Below, in pieces: positions 62,281 to 64,000 of a stretch of 64,000 nt of DNA; the stretch's first letter is position 1, and each line of letters begins with the position of its first letter. This DNA comes from Geosiphon pyriformis uo1 (Eukaryota > Fungi > Glomeromycota), in NCBI GenBank assembly GCA_016748015.1, contig JAAOMT010000400.1:372001-436000 (forward strand). Direction: 5' to 3'. Both the position numbers and the translations under genes were made by a program. Under the pieces are notes generated by a model. The model was given only the letters and a program-made list of their open reading frames with translations, did no database searches and was not told where the DNA came from.

Positions 62281-64000
62281 TGTTACAAATAATTATTTGA
62301 AGTTTCAAATTAAAAAACAAACTTATAACTTGGTGCTTAATGGCTGTTATGATTGATATTCTCTAAAAATTTTGGTATTTAAAGATTTTGGTTGAGTTCT
62401 TTGTATAATAGACAGATATTCAATAGTTGTTTCAATAGCCTTTTAGAATTACAATTCCATCAAATTTTTTTTTTAGCATGGTGGCTGGTTTATTCTGACA
62501 GTTATGCTCTTTTAATAAGCTATTTTTAATTTTCAAGTTTTCTATTCTTGTTTCACAGATCTTTTACTAGGTTATTTTTGATGTCAATAATTTAGTGCTT
62601 AATCTCTTTAATCAGTTAGTAACACAATAAAAGAAAGTAAAATAAAGAAAAATAAAAGAAATAAAAAGATAAAGAAATAAGCCAAGACAATAAAGAGTTA
62701 GTATTTGTCAATAACCATAATCAAGAGCTATTGTTCTAATGTGATTAAGTATCAAATACTATTAACATATAGTGTTGATAATAAGAAGAGTAATTTGGAT
62801 GATAAATAGTTATTTTATTGATATTGCTAATTCTATTTTGTAAGATTTTTTTTTCTGTTTTTAATGTTCTCACTATATATACATAATTTGAATTCTATAA
62901 GATTACTTATATTTCCAAGTGATATGCTATGATTTCTTGAGCAATACTTATATTGCTGAGCAATATACCATGATTTTCTGACAATACTTCATATTGCTGA
63001 ACAATGTGCCATAATTTCTGACAATGCTTTATATTGTTGAGCAATATGTTTATATGTTAACTACTATTTTTCTATTGGTCTATCTGTTTTTTCTACTATT
63101 TTTTTGTATGTTTTCTATAAGTAATATTATTTTCTCCTTTTAATATTAAGCTCTGTTGAAATTTTTATTTTGAATTAAGTTCATAACTTCTCTTTCTAAT
63201 ACTGTTTGTTTGACTTTGTTTCTTATATCTTTGATTTATGTATTATTTATTCTTTCTTATTGGTTAATGGTTATTGTCTTCATGTTAAGATATAGTAATA
63301 TTTCTGGGTAGTTTTGAAATATCATGTACAGTTGATAGATTGTTCTAATGTGTAGTATCAGATTTGTTTTTTTTCCAATAATGTCTTTAATGTTCTATAT
63401 TATCTCTAAATTGAATATTTTTTTAAATTTGTTAAAATATAATTTCTGAATATTCAATTTTTGTCCTAATTGATAATAACAGTATAGTATTGGAAGTTGT
63501 TTCATCTACTGATTTCAATTTTTTTGGTGAGTTCCTCAGTTGGAATCATAATAGGTATTTTTTCAAAAGTGTTTTTCATTTTTTCTACTATTTTATCTAA
63601 CCAGTTTTTTGTTTGGTTCTGTGATTGTTGATATGGTGTATTTTTTGCTTTTTTTTTCTGTTTAGTGTTTTGATAATAGATTGTTTAGTGGTTGACAACA
63701 ATTTCTATGTTCAATTGTTGTTAATTTAAGGCCTGAAATAATTGTTGGGCTAAAGTATAGATATAATCTGGTATTTCTATTTTTTTTGTTGCTTTTGTCA
63801 CATATACTATGCTCTTATATACTTTTGGTTAATTAATTTGATATGTTTAAATCAATGATTATAATTGGTTCCAGATCTTATGGGATCTTATCTAATTGGA
63901 CTAGTATTTGTTTTATTTTTAGTTGTAAAATATTACTGGTAGCTAATAATGCTATATTGTAATATGGTTTTAGTTGATTACTATGTGCTGCTTTGGCTAA
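62281..64000 (-). mobile_element. 3' end of gypsy element G (LTR 62281-63126, PPT, ORF3 remnant ~63140-63780, integrase tail), inserted in ORF3 of F
   Basis: LTR with C-type U3 repeats; LAKAAHS...EPIIII integrase tail as in B and E. Confidence 0.8.

Overview
AT-rich eukaryotic DNA, probably an early-diverging fungus. The repeat proteins resemble Glomeromycotina (e.g. Geosiphon-like) hypothetical proteins; this is recalled, not searched. A roughly 9 kb gene island (19.7-28.7 kb) holds an intronless Esa1/Tip60-like MYST acetyltransferase, a Clg1/Pcl-type cyclin with a long Q/N-rich tail, and a 5-exon Nsl1/Mis14-like kinetochore gene. Nested transposons flank it on both sides. These are two full-length Ty3/gypsy elements (41-13835 minus; 50317-60234 plus), a non-autonomous LTR element with an 87-bp array, further partial LTR elements and solo LTRs, two LINEs (one full length with RNase H), a pogo-like DNA transposon and a Mutator-derived mini-element. 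The best candidate for an undescribed system is the gypsy architecture shared by diverged families. It reads gag-PR-Cys-rich domain-dUTPase-RT-RH with a conserved stop, then integrase as a separate ORF, then a non-env ORF3 with an apparent internal TATA box. A U5 'anti-PBS' hairpin can also sequester the primer-binding site and the gag AUG. All repeats show heavy C>T/G>A erosion, including at non-CpG sites.
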